The translations under genes were made by a program, and so were the position numbers. A DNA stretch of 64,000 nt from Minisyncoccota bacterium (lineage in GTDB: Bacteria; Patescibacteriota; Minisyncoccia; 2-02-FULL-40-12; GWA2-44-9). The stretch lies in NCBI GenBank assembly GCA_017992005.1, contig JAGOPO010000002.1, positions 1,611-65,610 on the forward strand. Direction: 5' to 3'. The notes under the pieces were generated by a model. It worked only from the letters and a program-made list of their open reading frames with translations, made no database searches and was not told where the DNA came from. Shown here one piece after another: positions 47,242 to 56,923 of this stretch (positions are counted from its first letter, which is position 1; every line of letters begins with the position of its first letter).

Positions 47242-47787
47242 TTATAATTTCTTCATCTGCAAGAAGTCCAGCTCGACAGGCGTCTCGCGACCAAAGATGG
47301 TCACCAACACCTTCACGCGGCCCTTCTCTGCGTCTACCTCGGATACCTTTCCGTCGAAATCCTTGAATGGACCGTCCGAAATCTTCACGCGCTCACCAAC
47401 GGCAACATCCACTTTGTACTTCGGCTCTTCGACGCCCATGCGAGCAAGAAGACCGTCGATTTCAGCTTTGGCAAGCGGGGTTGGTGTCGTACCTGCGCCG
47501 ATAAATCCTGTAACGCTCGGCGTGTTGCGGACAACGTACCACGAGTCATCGGATACAATCATTTCCACTAGCACATACCCAGGATAGATCTTATCCTCTA
47601 CCACCTCACGCTTGCCGCCTTTGACGCGAATCTTTTTTTCTTTGGGAACGAGTACTGAAAAAATCTTATCCTCAAATCCGAGCGACTCGATGCGCTGGAG
47701 CAAGTTACGAGCGACACTATCCTCATACCCTGAATAGGTATGGATTGCGTACCACTCTCGTTGTCCGGTGCTTGCTTGCTTTGCCAT
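47242..47787 (-). CDS. nusG: transcription termination/antitermination factor NusG
   Basis: NGN domain (WYAIHTYSGYE) and KOW (GERVKISDGPFKDFDGKV). Confidence 0.9.
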   Translation of the reverse strand: MAKQASTGQREWYAIHTYSGYEDSVARNLLQRIESLGFEDKIFSVLVPKEKKIRVKGGKREVVEDKIYPGYVLVEMIVSDDSWYVVRNTPSVTGFIGAGTTPTPLAKAEIDGLLARMGVEEPKYKVDVAVGERVKISDGPFKDFDGKVSEVDAEKGRVKVLVTIFGRETPVELDFLQMKKL

Positions 47788-47801
47788 AGGTGCGATAGAA
47801 A

Positions 47802-47984
47802 TTAACCCAGTACGAGACTCAAAATCTTGGCAAACAAGGTATCAAGTCCACCAAGGTATACAGCAACGAATAAGCTCAAACCGATAACAACCGCGGTGTA
47901 AGCGGTGAGTTGCTGTCGAGATGGCCAGCTTACCTTGCTGAGCTCGACGCGCACTTCTCGTAAGAATGTAGCGATAGTTGTCAT
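47802..47984 (-). CDS. secE: preprotein translocase subunit SecE
   Basis: Likely start MTTIATFLREVRVELSKVSWP. Single C-terminal TM helix. Canonical secE-nusG-rplK order. Confidence 0.75.
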   Translation of the reverse strand: MTTIATFLREVRVELSKVSWPSRQQLTAYTAVVIGLSLFVAVYLGGLDTLFAKILSLVLG

Positions 47985-48062
47985 TGGCTCTAAAAAGCGC
48001 CCGCAGGCGTTCTGCACAGATTACCAGAATGAGCACTGCATGTCAATTGGCCCGTGAAAGGC

Positions 48063-50174
48063 TTAAATATCGATATTCTGCACCGATCGCGCATGGGTCT
48101 GTATGAACTTCTTGCGTGGCGCCACCTCAGCTCCCATGAGCACATCGAAGACGCGATCGGCCTCTTGAGCATCTTCAATCCCCACCTTCAAAAGGATACG
48201 ATTTGCTGGGTTCATGGTGGTGTCCCAGAGTTGCTCGGCATTCATTTCTCCAAGACCTTTGTAGCGCTGAATCGTGAGACCGGAAATCTTAACAACACCG
48301 TCCTGCTCGGGCTCTTCGTCGCCCTCCGTTGGCTGCTGCATAGTATCGGACGCGCCATCGACGGCTTCAGCTTCAAAATCACCAAATGCCTTCTTTGACG
48401 CCTCTTTTTTTGCGGCCTTTTTATCTGCTGCGCCCTGACCTGCAAGCTGTGCGTACTGCGCGACAACGGCGTCCTTTTCTTCGTCGCTGTACACATACTG
48501 GACGTGTCCGCTCTTGGCGATGCGATACAGTGGTGGCTGTGCGATGTAGATATAACCCGCGTCAATGAGTTGTGGGAAGTGTCGGTAGAAGAGCGTCAGC
48601 AAGAGTGTCCTGATGTGTGCACCATCTACATCGGCATCCGTCATAATGACAATCTTATGGTAGCGAAGCTTTGCAATATCAAATTCATCTGCGATTGCGG
48701 TGCCCAATGCAATGATAAGAGAACGAACGGATTCGGAGCCAAGCATCTTATCAATTCTGGCGCGCTCAACATTCAAAATCTTGCCGCGGAGCGGCAAAAT
48801 CGCTTGGAAGTTTCGGTCACGTCCCTGCTTTGCGGTACCACCTGCCGAATCTCCCTCAACAATAAACAGCTCAGTTTCCTCAGCGGATCGACTCGAGCAG
48901 TCAGCGAGCTTGCCTGGCAATGAAAAGCCGTCCATCGCGCCCTTGCGGAGAACGGTGTCACGGGCGGCTTTAGCGGCAACACGTGCTTTTGCGGCAAGAA
49001 TAACCGTGTCCAAAATCGCGCGCGCATCAGTCGGATTTCGATCAAGCCAATCAGCAAGCTCGGAATTCATTACCGTCTCCACCGCAGCGCGAGCTTCAGG
49101 GGTACCAAGCTTAGCCTTTGTTTGACCCTCAAACTGCGGCTCGCGTAGCTTGACCGCCAAAATCGCAACCAACCCCTCGCGTACATCGTCACCGGTTAGA
49201 TTGTCGTCTTTTTCTTTGAGGAAACCGTTCTTGCGTGCGTAATCGTTGAGCGAGCGAGTAATCGAGGTCTTAAATCCCGTGATGTGCGTACCTCCCTCGA
49301 CAGTGTGGATGTTGTTGGCAAAGCTGATTTCTTTGGTCGACAGATCATCGACGTACTGAAATGCCACCTCAACATCGATATCTTGCTGTTCCTTGTGTAC
49401 GTAGAAAATCGCCTTATGCTTTGGCTCGATACCGTGATTAAGGAAACTCACATACGAAACAAGACCGCCTTCAAAGTGGAACGTGTGGCTAGGATACTGT
49501 GGCTCCTTTGCGCTTGGTGGCTTCACGCCTTCACGCGCATCGATAACATCAATGGTGATACCGGCGGTTAAATATGCTTGCTGACGAAGATGCGCAAGGA
49601 TGGTGTCCCACTTGTAGCCACGTTCTTTAAAAATTTCTGGGTCGGGCTTAAAGGTAATGATGGTGCCATGCTTTTTTGAATCGCCAACACGCTTCACGGG
49701 TTTTTTGACTTTACCCTGCGCGTACTCCTGCACAAAAACACCGCCATCGCGATGAACCTCTGCTTTCACGTATTCGGAAAGCGCATTCACCACAGAAGCG
49801 CCAACTCCGTGCAAACCACCAGACACCTTGTATGCATCTCCGCCAAATTTACCACCAGCGTGTAGGGTGGTCATGATTGTCTCGAGCGCAGACACTCCCG
49901 ATTGCTTGTGCTTTTCAACAGGAATACCGCGACCGTTGTCTTCAACGGAAACCATCTCGTCCGGCAACAACGTAACCTTGATGTGGTCGGCGTGTCCGCC
50001 CATCGCCTCATCGAGCGAGTTATCAAAAATCTCCCAAATCAAGTGGTGGAGACCATCGATTCCGGTGCCACCGATATACATACCAGGACGCTTTCGAACG
50101 GGCTCGAGGCCCTCTAAAACAAAAATATCCGCCGCGGTATATGAGCTGTTTTTTGGTTCCTTCGTAGTTGCCAT
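48063..50174 (-). CDS. gyrB: DNA gyrase subunit B
   Basis: Likely start MATTKEP. GHKL ATPase (GLHGVGASVVNALS), TOPRIM (EGDSAGG) and C-terminal tail. Whether it is gyrB or parE is not resolvable here; gyrB is preferred. Confidence 0.85.
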   Translation of the reverse strand: MATTKEPKNSSYTAADIFVLEGLEPVRKRPGMYIGGTGIDGLHHLIWEIFDNSLDEAMGGHADHIKVTLLPDEMVSVEDNGRGIPVEKHKQSGVSALETIMTTLHAGGKFGGDAYKVSGGLHGVGASVVNALSEYVKAEVHRDGGVFVQEYAQGKVKKPVKRVGDSKKHGTIITFKPDPEIFKERGYKWDTILAHLRQQAYLTAGITIDVIDAREGVKPPSAKEPQYPSHTFHFEGGLVSYVSFLNHGIEPKHKAIFYVHKEQQDIDVEVAFQYVDDLSTKEISFANNIHTVEGGTHITGFKTSITRSLNDYARKNGFLKEKDDNLTGDDVREGLVAILAVKLREPQFEGQTKAKLGTPEARAAVETVMNSELADWLDRNPTDARAILDTVILAAKARVAAKAARDTVLRKGAMDGFSLPGKLADCSSRSAEETELFIVEGDSAGGTAKQGRDRNFQAILPLRGKILNVERARIDKMLGSESVRSLIIALGTAIADEFDIAKLRYHKIVIMTDADVDGAHIRTLLLTLFYRHFPQLIDAGYIYIAQPPLYRIAKSGHVQYVYSDEEKDAVVAQYAQLAGQGAADKKAAKKEASKKAFGDFEAEAVDGASDTMQQPTEGDEEPEQDGVVKISGLTIQRYKGLGEMNAEQLWDTTMNPANRILLKVGIEDAQEADRVFDVLMGAEVAPRKKFIQTHARSVQNIDI

Positions 50175-50274
50175 ACTGTAGTACGATTCTAGCAGTTTAG
50201 GATAATAAATCAACACACCAAATAACTCGCAAAAGCCTCAAAAAACTGGGGAATATCGCATCTTGTTGTCATTC

Positions 50275-50874
50275 TCACCCTAATGCCTTGTACGAATCGC
50301 GTACGTGACGCACACCCTCAAGAATCTGTGGCGAAATACGCTTGAATCTCGGATCAAACAGCGCGAGCGTTAACACCCCAACAGCGTCAGTGATCCTACC
50401 TGCTCCAACAAACTCCTCCGCTTCACGCATCTTAGCGGCGAGCTTTGCGGGCATTTTTTCGGAAGGATTCTTTTGTCCCAAGGAGCGCTCGAGAGATTCC
50501 AGTGCGCTCTTGAGAATACCCAACACCTCAACAGAATCCCCACGATTTAGAGCCATTACATACTCATCGGAAAGATATTCCATGGCGTCTCGGCTGGGTT
50601 TGAGTCCGGAGAATCCGGCATCAATCCAAATTCGAGCACAACGAACAATGTTTCTAGCTTTGTCGGCAGTCTCTATACCAACTTCAATGAGATCCGCGTC
50701 GGATTTCCAATCATCAAGCAAATCTTGCACGTACACAGCATGGGGAATTGACTCGCTATGGTAATCCCTGATGCCTTCGGCTTTCAAGCCGCGTGCCGCT
50801 TCGAGTACGCGCTCGTAGCTAATCGGTTCTCGCTCAAGGCGGGGTTCGAGATTCTGAGGAATACTCTCGCTCAT
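50275..50874 (-). CDS. hypothetical protein (199 aa) translationally coupled to pheT
   Basis: Start overlaps the pheT stop (ATGA). No motif. Confidence 0.55.
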   Translation of the reverse strand: MSESIPQNLEPRLEREPISYERVLEAARGLKAEGIRDYHSESIPHAVYVQDLLDDWKSDADLIEVGIETADKARNIVRCARIWIDAGFSGLKPSRDAMEYLSDEYVMALNRGDSVEVLGILKSALESLERSLGQKNPSEKMPAKLAAKMREAEEFVGAGRITDAVGVLTLALFDPRFKRISPQILEGVRHVRDSYKALG

Positions 50875-52952
50875 CGTATTTTTGCTCCAAGTTGCGCCTG
50901 AAGAGCCTGCTGGATCTCCAACAGTGCTTTTTCCACTTCGATATCCGTCAGCGTACGCTCATCGGAGCGAAATACGACATGGAACGCGACACTCTTCACC
51001 AGTGCCCTCTCGGCGGCGTCCTCGTTTTGCTTTTCTTTTCCAGTGGGAACGAAGATATCAAACACGTCCACATCCTGCACGAGCTGCTGGGTATCAGATT
51101 CCTGCACGGTCTGAAGAATAGTGTCAATCTGAGTGGTTTGAGGAACCAAGATTGCCACGTCACGAATGACATCGGGGTATTTCGGTAATGGCTCAAATTC
51201 GCGCTCGCGCTGTGCAAACTCTATAAGAGACCGTAAATCAAGCTCGGCAACCGCGGCAGATCCCTTGAGCTTCAAGGCGGACGCAACACGACCATGCACT
51301 GAACCAATAAAACCGATAACTCGATCATTGCCATCTCGTATCACAGCACGTCGACCTGGCAGTGTCGCATTAATGGCCCCCACATCCCACGCCATTGGCT
51401 CCGCATCATCAAAATAGACATCTGCCAATCCCAATCGCTCAGCGATGAGACTCACCGCACCCTTGAGGTCAAAGAACATCTCGCGCGATGCATCTCGATG
51501 AGCAGCGATGAGACCGATTCTGCTTTGTTCCTTGCCCTCTCCAACGCCCCTGAATACATGGCCGGTCTCAAATAACTGCACCGCGTCATGAAAACGAAGA
51601 TTGTCTCGCGCATTGATCAAAAGTCGCGGAACGAGAGATGTGCGCAACCATCGATATTCGGGCGATTGAGGCTGTGCCAATTCATAGGCATGTGTGGCCT
51701 TGAGCGCTTCCATCATTTCATCTGAAAGAAACACGTAGTTGTATACCTCACTATACCCAGCGCCGACCAATAGTCGCCCAATCGCGCTTCGCTCCCGCAG
51801 ATACGTATACTCATCCCAAACCACAGCGGTCTCCTCTTTCACCCATGAGTGTTCACTATAGATAGGAAGCTCCGGAGCAATCGACGTGATAGCATCAAAG
51901 CCATACACCCTGCCAATTTCTTCGGCGAGATCCTCTTGCCCAATTACATCCGATCGCCTCGAGGGTATTTCGACAAGGCATTTCTCACTCTGTTCACGCT
52001 GCACCCGAAAACCTAGCGACTCCAAAATTCCCCGCATCTGCGAAGACTGCAGTTCAATACCAAGAAGATCGCGGACGTACTGCTCGTCCAGGAGCACCGA
52101 TCGACTCGTCACCGGATGAGGGTACACATCAACAATGGAAGAATGCGCGCTCCCCTGCGCCACCTTGGCAATCAATTCTGCGGCGCGCTGAAGTGCGGGT
52201 GCGGTGAGATTCGGATCGACTCCATATGAGAAACGAATCGAAGCATCCGTTCGGAGATTGAGCTTGCGAGATGTTGCCCGGATAGATTCGGGCAGAAAAT
52301 TCGCCGCCTCCAAAAAGATATCCGTTGTGTTCTCGCAAATGCCCGTCCCCACTCCTCCCTTAATACCCGCAAGCGCGATGGGCGTATCACCGTCGGCAAT
52401 CACCAGCATCGTCTCGTCGAGAGCATGCGTAGTCCTGGCTTCATCAAGCGCCACAAGCTGCTCACCAGTGCGAGCGCGTCGAACGTCAATCTGCTTCACG
52501 CTCGATGCGTCGAATGCATGCATGGGTTGGCCTAATTCCAGCATCACATAATTGGTCACGTCAACCACATTGTTGATGCTCTGCAACCCGCATAACGCCA
52601 AGCGCTCCACGAGCCACGTTGGCGATGGTCCTATGCGAACATCCCGAATCAATAAACCGCTATAACGCACACAAGATGCATCGTGAATCGTCACCTTCTT
52701 AACAGGCTCATCACTGACACGCCACTCATAAGAGGGTGCCGTAAATCGCTGCGACGTTAGCGCCGCTAACTCACGGGCCACACCGAGGTGTGACAACGCG
52801 TCGGGTCGATTTGGCAAAATATCAATATCGAGCACGCCCGGCACATCAGAAAGCACGACCTCAAACGCTTTCGACGTCAATAATGCAGACGCATCTTCAA
52901 TCGATAGCGACGAGGCCGATAGCTCCTGTATCCATGCAAACGAAAATTTCAT
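50871..52952 (-). CDS. pheT: phenylalanyl-tRNA synthetase beta subunit
   Basis: 693 aa. B3/B4, B5 and FDX-ACB-like C-terminus. Lacks the usual N-terminal tRNA-binding domain length. Confidence 0.85.
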   Translation of the reverse strand: MKFSFAWIQELSASSLSIEDASALLTSKAFEVVLSDVPGVLDIDILPNRPDALSHLGVARELAALTSQRFTAPSYEWRVSDEPVKKVTIHDASCVRYSGLLIRDVRIGPSPTWLVERLALCGLQSINNVVDVTNYVMLELGQPMHAFDASSVKQIDVRRARTGEQLVALDEARTTHALDETMLVIADGDTPIALAGIKGGVGTGICENTTDIFLEAANFLPESIRATSRKLNLRTDASIRFSYGVDPNLTAPALQRAAELIAKVAQGSAHSSIVDVYPHPVTSRSVLLDEQYVRDLLGIELQSSQMRGILESLGFRVQREQSEKCLVEIPSRRSDVIGQEDLAEEIGRVYGFDAITSIAPELPIYSEHSWVKEETAVVWDEYTYLRERSAIGRLLVGAGYSEVYNYVFLSDEMMEALKATHAYELAQPQSPEYRWLRTSLVPRLLINARDNLRFHDAVQLFETGHVFRGVGEGKEQSRIGLIAAHRDASREMFFDLKGAVSLIAERLGLADVYFDDAEPMAWDVGAINATLPGRRAVIRDGNDRVIGFIGSVHGRVASALKLKGSAAVAELDLRSLIEFAQREREFEPLPKYPDVIRDVAILVPQTTQIDTILQTVQESDTQQLVQDVDVFDIFVPTGKEKQNEDAAERALVKSVAFHVVFRSDERTLTDIEVEKALLEIQQALQAQLGAKIR

Positions 52953-52954
52953 AG

Positions 52955-53965
52955 CTAGAATTGCTTTAGAAAACGAAGATCACCACCGTTGAAAAGTCGA
53001 ATATCATCTATCTTATATTTCAGCATCGCCATACGCTCGAGTGCCATACCAAATGCAAAACCCTGCATCTCGCCCCGAACATAACCAACGTTTTCGAACA
53101 CCTGTTGATGCACCATACCAGCGCCTGCAACTTCGAGCCAACGCCCCGCGAGCTTCCCTGAACTTCCCTTGATATACACCTCGACACCGGGCTCAACGAA
53201 TGGGAAATAGCTCGCGTTAAAGCGAACTTGAATTTGCTTATCGTTGAAGAATCGCTGATAGAAATGCTCCATGACTCCCTTTAAATTCGCCATCGACGGC
53301 GCTTGCTCGCCTTTGCGCGCAACCATCAATCCTTCAATTTGATGAAATTGAAACTCATGAGTCGCATCGGTAGATTCATTGCGATAGACACGACCGGGCA
53401 CCACAATACGAAATGGTGGTTGATGAGCCTGCATGAACCGAACCTGCATCGGACTCGTATGTGCGCGCATAAGATACTGCATGCCCTTGAGCCAAAATGT
53501 ATCCTGCATCGTTCGTGAAGGATGATCAGGGGGTGAGTTGAGTGCGTCAAAATTCGCCCACTCGGTTTCGACCTCTGGACCCTCTAGGATGCGAAATCCC
53601 ATTGAGGCAAAAATGGCGTTGATATCATCTTGTGTTTGCGTCAACGGGTGTATATGCCCAACCGACACTACGCCACGAGAAGGCGCGGTAACGTCAATCT
53701 TCTCCAGCGCCTCGTAAGCCGCATTCTCGAGTCGCTCTCTTGCATCTCCGAAGGCAGACTCAAGTTGTTGACGCAACTCATTGGCAACGTGACCGAGACG
53801 ACGCCGATCATCTTCAGTTTTGTCCTTGAGCGTTCTCAAAAATAAAGACAATTCAGAACTCCTCCCTAAGTGTCTCACCCGCGCAAATTCAAGCTCCGCA
53901 AGACTGCGAAGATTCTCTAAATCCTTTTGAGCAACTTCCTTGAGATGGTCGAGTGTGCTAGTCAT
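52955..53965 (-). CDS. pheS: phenylalanyl-tRNA synthetase alpha subunit
   Basis: Class II motifs (FRxE, GLGxERxxM). ORF track extends to 54001; the MTSTLDHLKEV start is preferred. Confidence 0.85.
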   Translation of the reverse strand: MTSTLDHLKEVAQKDLENLRSLAELEFARVRHLGRSSELSLFLRTLKDKTEDDRRRLGHVANELRQQLESAFGDARERLENAAYEALEKIDVTAPSRGVVSVGHIHPLTQTQDDINAIFASMGFRILEGPEVETEWANFDALNSPPDHPSRTMQDTFWLKGMQYLMRAHTSPMQVRFMQAHQPPFRIVVPGRVYRNESTDATHEFQFHQIEGLMVARKGEQAPSMANLKGVMEHFYQRFFNDKQIQVRFNASYFPFVEPGVEVYIKGSSGKLAGRWLEVAGAGMVHQQVFENVGYVRGEMQGFAFGMALERMAMLKYKIDDIRLFNGGDLRFLKQF

Positions 53966-54320
53966 GATGTTGAGTGAATCTTCGTAGATGCCACCAGGCA
54001 CTCAGCGATCCTACCAGTGTAGCCAAAAGAACGCCACCCAGCAATCTCGGCGAGGCCAACAGCGATTGGCGCATGAGAATCAATAGTACGGTCGTAAGAG
54101 CGGGTATGAGTGACACCCACACTGCCTGCGATATACTCTGCCGCAACACCAAAAGTGTCGTAGCCATCAAACTCCAAACCGCTATAGCGCAGGAAACAAT
54201 AAGAAAGCTCACTACGAGAGCACTCGCGCTATCAGGAGTTGAAAGCGTGACAATCACTCCTGCTGCGCTCACCGAAAAGACCAAACTAAAGAATGTTACG
54301 ATGGAAGGCCTTACTTTCAT
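53958..54320 (-). CDS. small membrane protein (about 120 aa, 3-4 TM helices)
   Basis: ORF-track ORF extends to 54506, but that part is the antisense of tRNA-Asp (giving the typical RFELATS artefact). Start taken at MKVRPSIV. Confidence 0.5.
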   Translation of the reverse strand: MKVRPSIVTFFSLVFSVSAAGVIVTLSTPDSASALVVSFLIVSCAIAVWSLMATTLLVLRQSISQAVWVSLIPALTTVLLILMRQSLLASPRLLGGVLLATLVGSLSAWWHLRRFTQHHD

Positions 54321-54416
54321 AGCGTAAGTATACCAGAATCGCGACAGCACTTCCCTTTTAGTCGGAAATAAGCTATAGTTTGTCCTGCAATTGCGATGGT
54401 ACGTCGTACCATGCTT

Positions 54417-54490
54417 GCGGTGGTAGCTCAGCTGGTTAGAGCGCTTCCCTGTCACGGAAGAGGTCGCGAGTTCGAATCTCGTCCACCGCG
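54417..54490 (+). tRNA. tRNA-Asp (anticodon GUC)
   Basis: GCGGUGGUAGCUCAGCUGGUUAGAGCGCUUCCCUGUCACGGAAGAGGUCGCGAGUUCGAAUCUCGUCCACCGCG. Anticodon loop CUGUCAC. Confidence 0.8.
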
Positions 54491-54493
54491 CAT

Positions 54494-54528
54494 ATGAATA
54501 CAACACCCACCTCGGGTGTTGTATTCAT
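54494..54528. repeat. perfect 15-bp inverted-repeat hairpin immediately 3' of tRNA-Asp, no U-tract
   Basis: atgaatacaacaccc-acctc-gggtgttgtattcat. Confidence 0.8.
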
Positions 54529-54540
54529 ACTGTGTTCGTG

Positions 54541-54554
54541 AGGACGAGATTCGA
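54541..54554 (-). repeat. inverted partial copy (14 nt) of the tRNA-Asp T-arm/acceptor 3' region
   Basis: ggacgagattcgaa is the reverse complement of ttcgaatctcgtcc (54471-54484). Confidence 0.7.
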
Positions 54555-54714
54555 AGGGCGGAACGATGTTCCGACCAAAAGCCGGAACCGCGAGCCCGTG
54601 CCCAGACCGAGGCGAGTGGCTGACGAGCCGAGAGTCGCGGGCGAATCTCGGCCATGTTACCCCATCATTAATTGCACCTCACAAACTCTATTTCTACTGT
54701 GCTATACTTTTGCC

Positions 54715-55434
54715 ATGGAACGCACACCTCCCGTCTACTCAAAAGAAAAAGCAACCGCTGAAGCGTCGTCAATTACGAAGACACTTACTTCGAAACACCC
54801 CGAACAAAATGGCGCCTTTACTCGCCATCAATACGAATCAGAAAGCAATGAAATTGCACGACGACAAATCGAACTTATAAAAATAATATCGAGCCTTCAA
54901 TTTCCTTCGTTCTTATTTGGCGGATATGCTGCTGAAATCCTTTTAAAAGAAAAAGATGGTAAATGTGAGGTTGAAACTTTTGATACTCATACGGATATCG
55001 ATATGGCAGTTAGTCGAAAAAACCAAGCTTCGTTGGAAAGGGCTCTGCAAGAACTGGGTATATCCTACAAAGCAACATCGAAAGATCATCCGCGAAAACT
55101 TTATATAACGAATGCGAATGGACTCCAAGCCGACTTCGCAATCTTTGATGTAGATGAAGAAACTGGGAAACCATATATTTTTGTTGAGGATAAAAATGTT
55201 CAAAAAAAGGCATATGTAAGCACAGACTTTTTTGCCGGCGAAACTATTACTGTCCAGGGTATCCCTGTTCGTATAGCATCTCCAAAATCCCTCATACAAT
55301 CATTGCAATTTTATACCTCCTTAGGACATACATTGCGAGACAAGGATCTTCAACGCGCCCAGCAACTCCGGGATAAATATTATCCCGGTATTCCATTGGA
55401 TGCCGAAGAATTTAAGATTAAAATTACTGAGTAG
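54715..55434 (+). CDS. nucleotidyltransferase-fold protein resembling the ANT(2'')-Ia / Lnu(A) family, in a low-GC islet
   Basis: ORF-track N-terminus overlaps the tRNA region, so the start is taken at MERTPP (54715). The motif FLFGGYAAEILLKEKDG...THTDIDMAV matches the GGW...D...H-x-DIDL pattern of the ANT(2'')/Lnu(A) nucleotidyltransferases. The gene is strongly AT-rich relative to its flanks. Confidence 0.55.
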   Translation: MERTPPVYSKEKATAEASSITKTLTSKHPEQNGAFTRHQYESESNEIARRQIELIKIISSLQFPSFLFGGYAAEILLKEKDGKCEVETFDTHTDIDMAVSRKNQASLERALQELGISYKATSKDHPRKLYITNANGLQADFAIFDVDEETGKPYIFVEDKNVQKKAYVSTDFFAGETITVQGIPVRIASPKSLIQSLQFYTSLGHTLRDKDLQRAQQLRDKYYPGIPLDAEEFKIKITE

Positions 55435-55439
55435 CCTAG

Positions 55440-55462
55440 AAAAAAGCCACCCTCGAGGTGGC
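55440..55462. terminator. bidirectional hairpin terminator
   Basis: aaaaaa-gccacc-ctcga-ggtggc-gtt. An A-run and a U-run flank it on opposite strands. Confidence 0.55.
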
Positions 55463-55468
55463 GTTGGC

Positions 55469-55960
55469 CTACTGTTCCAATTTCGCATTCCACCAAATGC
55501 GATCGATAGCACGAGTGCCGTCGTAGGTCTCGTCGTGCTCTTCAGGTACGAGCGCAGTGTTAGAGCCATTGGAAATTGCCCTACCATTACCAAGCGAGAA
55601 ACCAACGTGAGCATGAAGACCCCCGCTCGCTCCTTGGCGGGCCTCCCATACTAGCACAGCACCTTCACGAACCTCAAGAATCTGATGCCATCCGGAAGCA
55701 GCGAGATCTCGCTCAAGCCCGGCAACACCGGTATGCATATCGCCGATGAGCTTGTTGAGGTACAAGATGCCGGACGCAAAGAATCCGCAGGACAATGCGC
55801 CATCGCGCAAAATATCCTTTTTCTCCCCGTCTACGGTAGCAATAACATTTCGGAACAGGTGCATCTCACCACGCACGCTATTGCAAATCATCGCCATGTA
55901 CGACTCAAACGTATTGATAATTACCGATGCCATGTCGTGAGTGTACACTGATTTCGTCAA
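55469..55960 (-). CDS. putative papain-like cysteine peptidase/amidase (NlpC/P60- or CHAP-like)
   Basis: 163 aa. Candidate catalytic Cys in SCGFFASG and His in GLHAHVGFSLG. Family assignment is tentative. Confidence 0.4.
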   Translation of the reverse strand: MTKSVYTHDMASVIINTFESYMAMICNSVRGEMHLFRNVIATVDGEKKDILRDGALSCGFFASGILYLNKLIGDMHTGVAGLERDLAASGWHQILEVREGAVLVWEARQGASGGLHAHVGFSLGNGRAISNGSNTALVPEEHDETYDGTRAIDRIWWNAKLEQ

Positions 55961-55984
55961 AAGAAAAACGGCTTCGAGAAGCCG

Positions 55985-56869
55985 TTATGAGTGCACACTG
56001 CAAATGATAGTCGTCTCCCGAGTAGACTCGCTCGCGCTGTCCATACCATCACCTTCGAATTCCTCGACGCCGCGCAAGCGCGTGCCAGGCCTTCGATTGT
56101 AGAGCATGCGAAGAACGGTCTTCTCGGGAGGCGTAAAATCGCCTGTGCTTCCCGTGATGGTGGCCGACATGAGTCCTGGAACGCCATCAGGCGTGTGCCA
56201 CAGTCCAAGCGTGTGACCAATCTCATGCATCAGCACGGTCTCAAACCATCCTTGGAAATCAACGTACTCCGGCGACGGGAATACGATCGCCGCCGACTGA
56301 ATAACGCCTTGCGCGGTATGGAGTACATGGGCCACGGCGACAGTGCGCTCAAGTGAACCGTTGCCGTTTTTGAAAGCGTCATCTTGCGAATCAAAATAGA
56401 GTCGCACCGACGCATCAGATGAATAATCATCAACAACGTAGTGTATCGACTGTTGTGCGTTATTAACGACAGCAAGAACCCTGCGCACACGTTCGCCAAC
56501 CTCGGAGCTTTTCATCTCCGCAGGCAGGATGAGGCTCACGCGTCGCACGTAGACGCCAAAGCGTACTGTCATGCCTTCATGATGCGCTAGAGCTGCGGTC
56601 GTTGCGATGGGAAGCTGCTCATCGTGAGGCCACAGGACCACACGACCGCTTCGCACCGTTTCCAAACTGAGAAAGCCTGGCGCTTCGACGCGCACCCCTT
56701 GTAATGTCACGCGCAACACAGACGGCATCACCGGAAGATCGGTGCGCCCGGATACGACAGACGTAACACTCGGATGAGCAGTTGTCGTCGAGAAGAATGC
56801 ATCATCGCCAATACCCCTACCACACGCGCTCAACAACAACAGAAAAAGCCACGCCACACGATGTGTCAT
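55985..56869 (-). CDS. metzincin-type zinc metalloprotease lipoprotein
   Basis: HEIGHTLGLWH matches HExxHxxGxxH. N-terminal signal peptide with lipobox LLSAC. Start taken at MTHRVAW. Confidence 0.75.
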   Translation of the reverse strand: MTHRVAWLFLLLLSACGRGIGDDAFFSTTTAHPSVTSVVSGRTDLPVMPSVLRVTLQGVRVEAPGFLSLETVRSGRVVLWPHDEQLPIATTAALAHHEGMTVRFGVYVRRVSLILPAEMKSSEVGERVRRVLAVVNNAQQSIHYVVDDYSSDASVRLYFDSQDDAFKNGNGSLERTVAVAHVLHTAQGVIQSAAIVFPSPEYVDFQGWFETVLMHEIGHTLGLWHTPDGVPGLMSATITGSTGDFTPPEKTVLRMLYNRRPGTRLRGVEEFEGDGMDSASESTRETTIICSVHS

Positions 56870-56923
56870 GATATACCTCGTTGATAATGAACGGCGCAAC
56901 TATGCGCCACAAAACCAGAAACG

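Noticed and set aside
54321-54506. N-terminal 62 aa of ORF 53958..54506
   Set aside because: This is the antisense translation of tRNA-Asp, giving the typical RFELATS artefact. The true start is taken downstream at MKVRPS.
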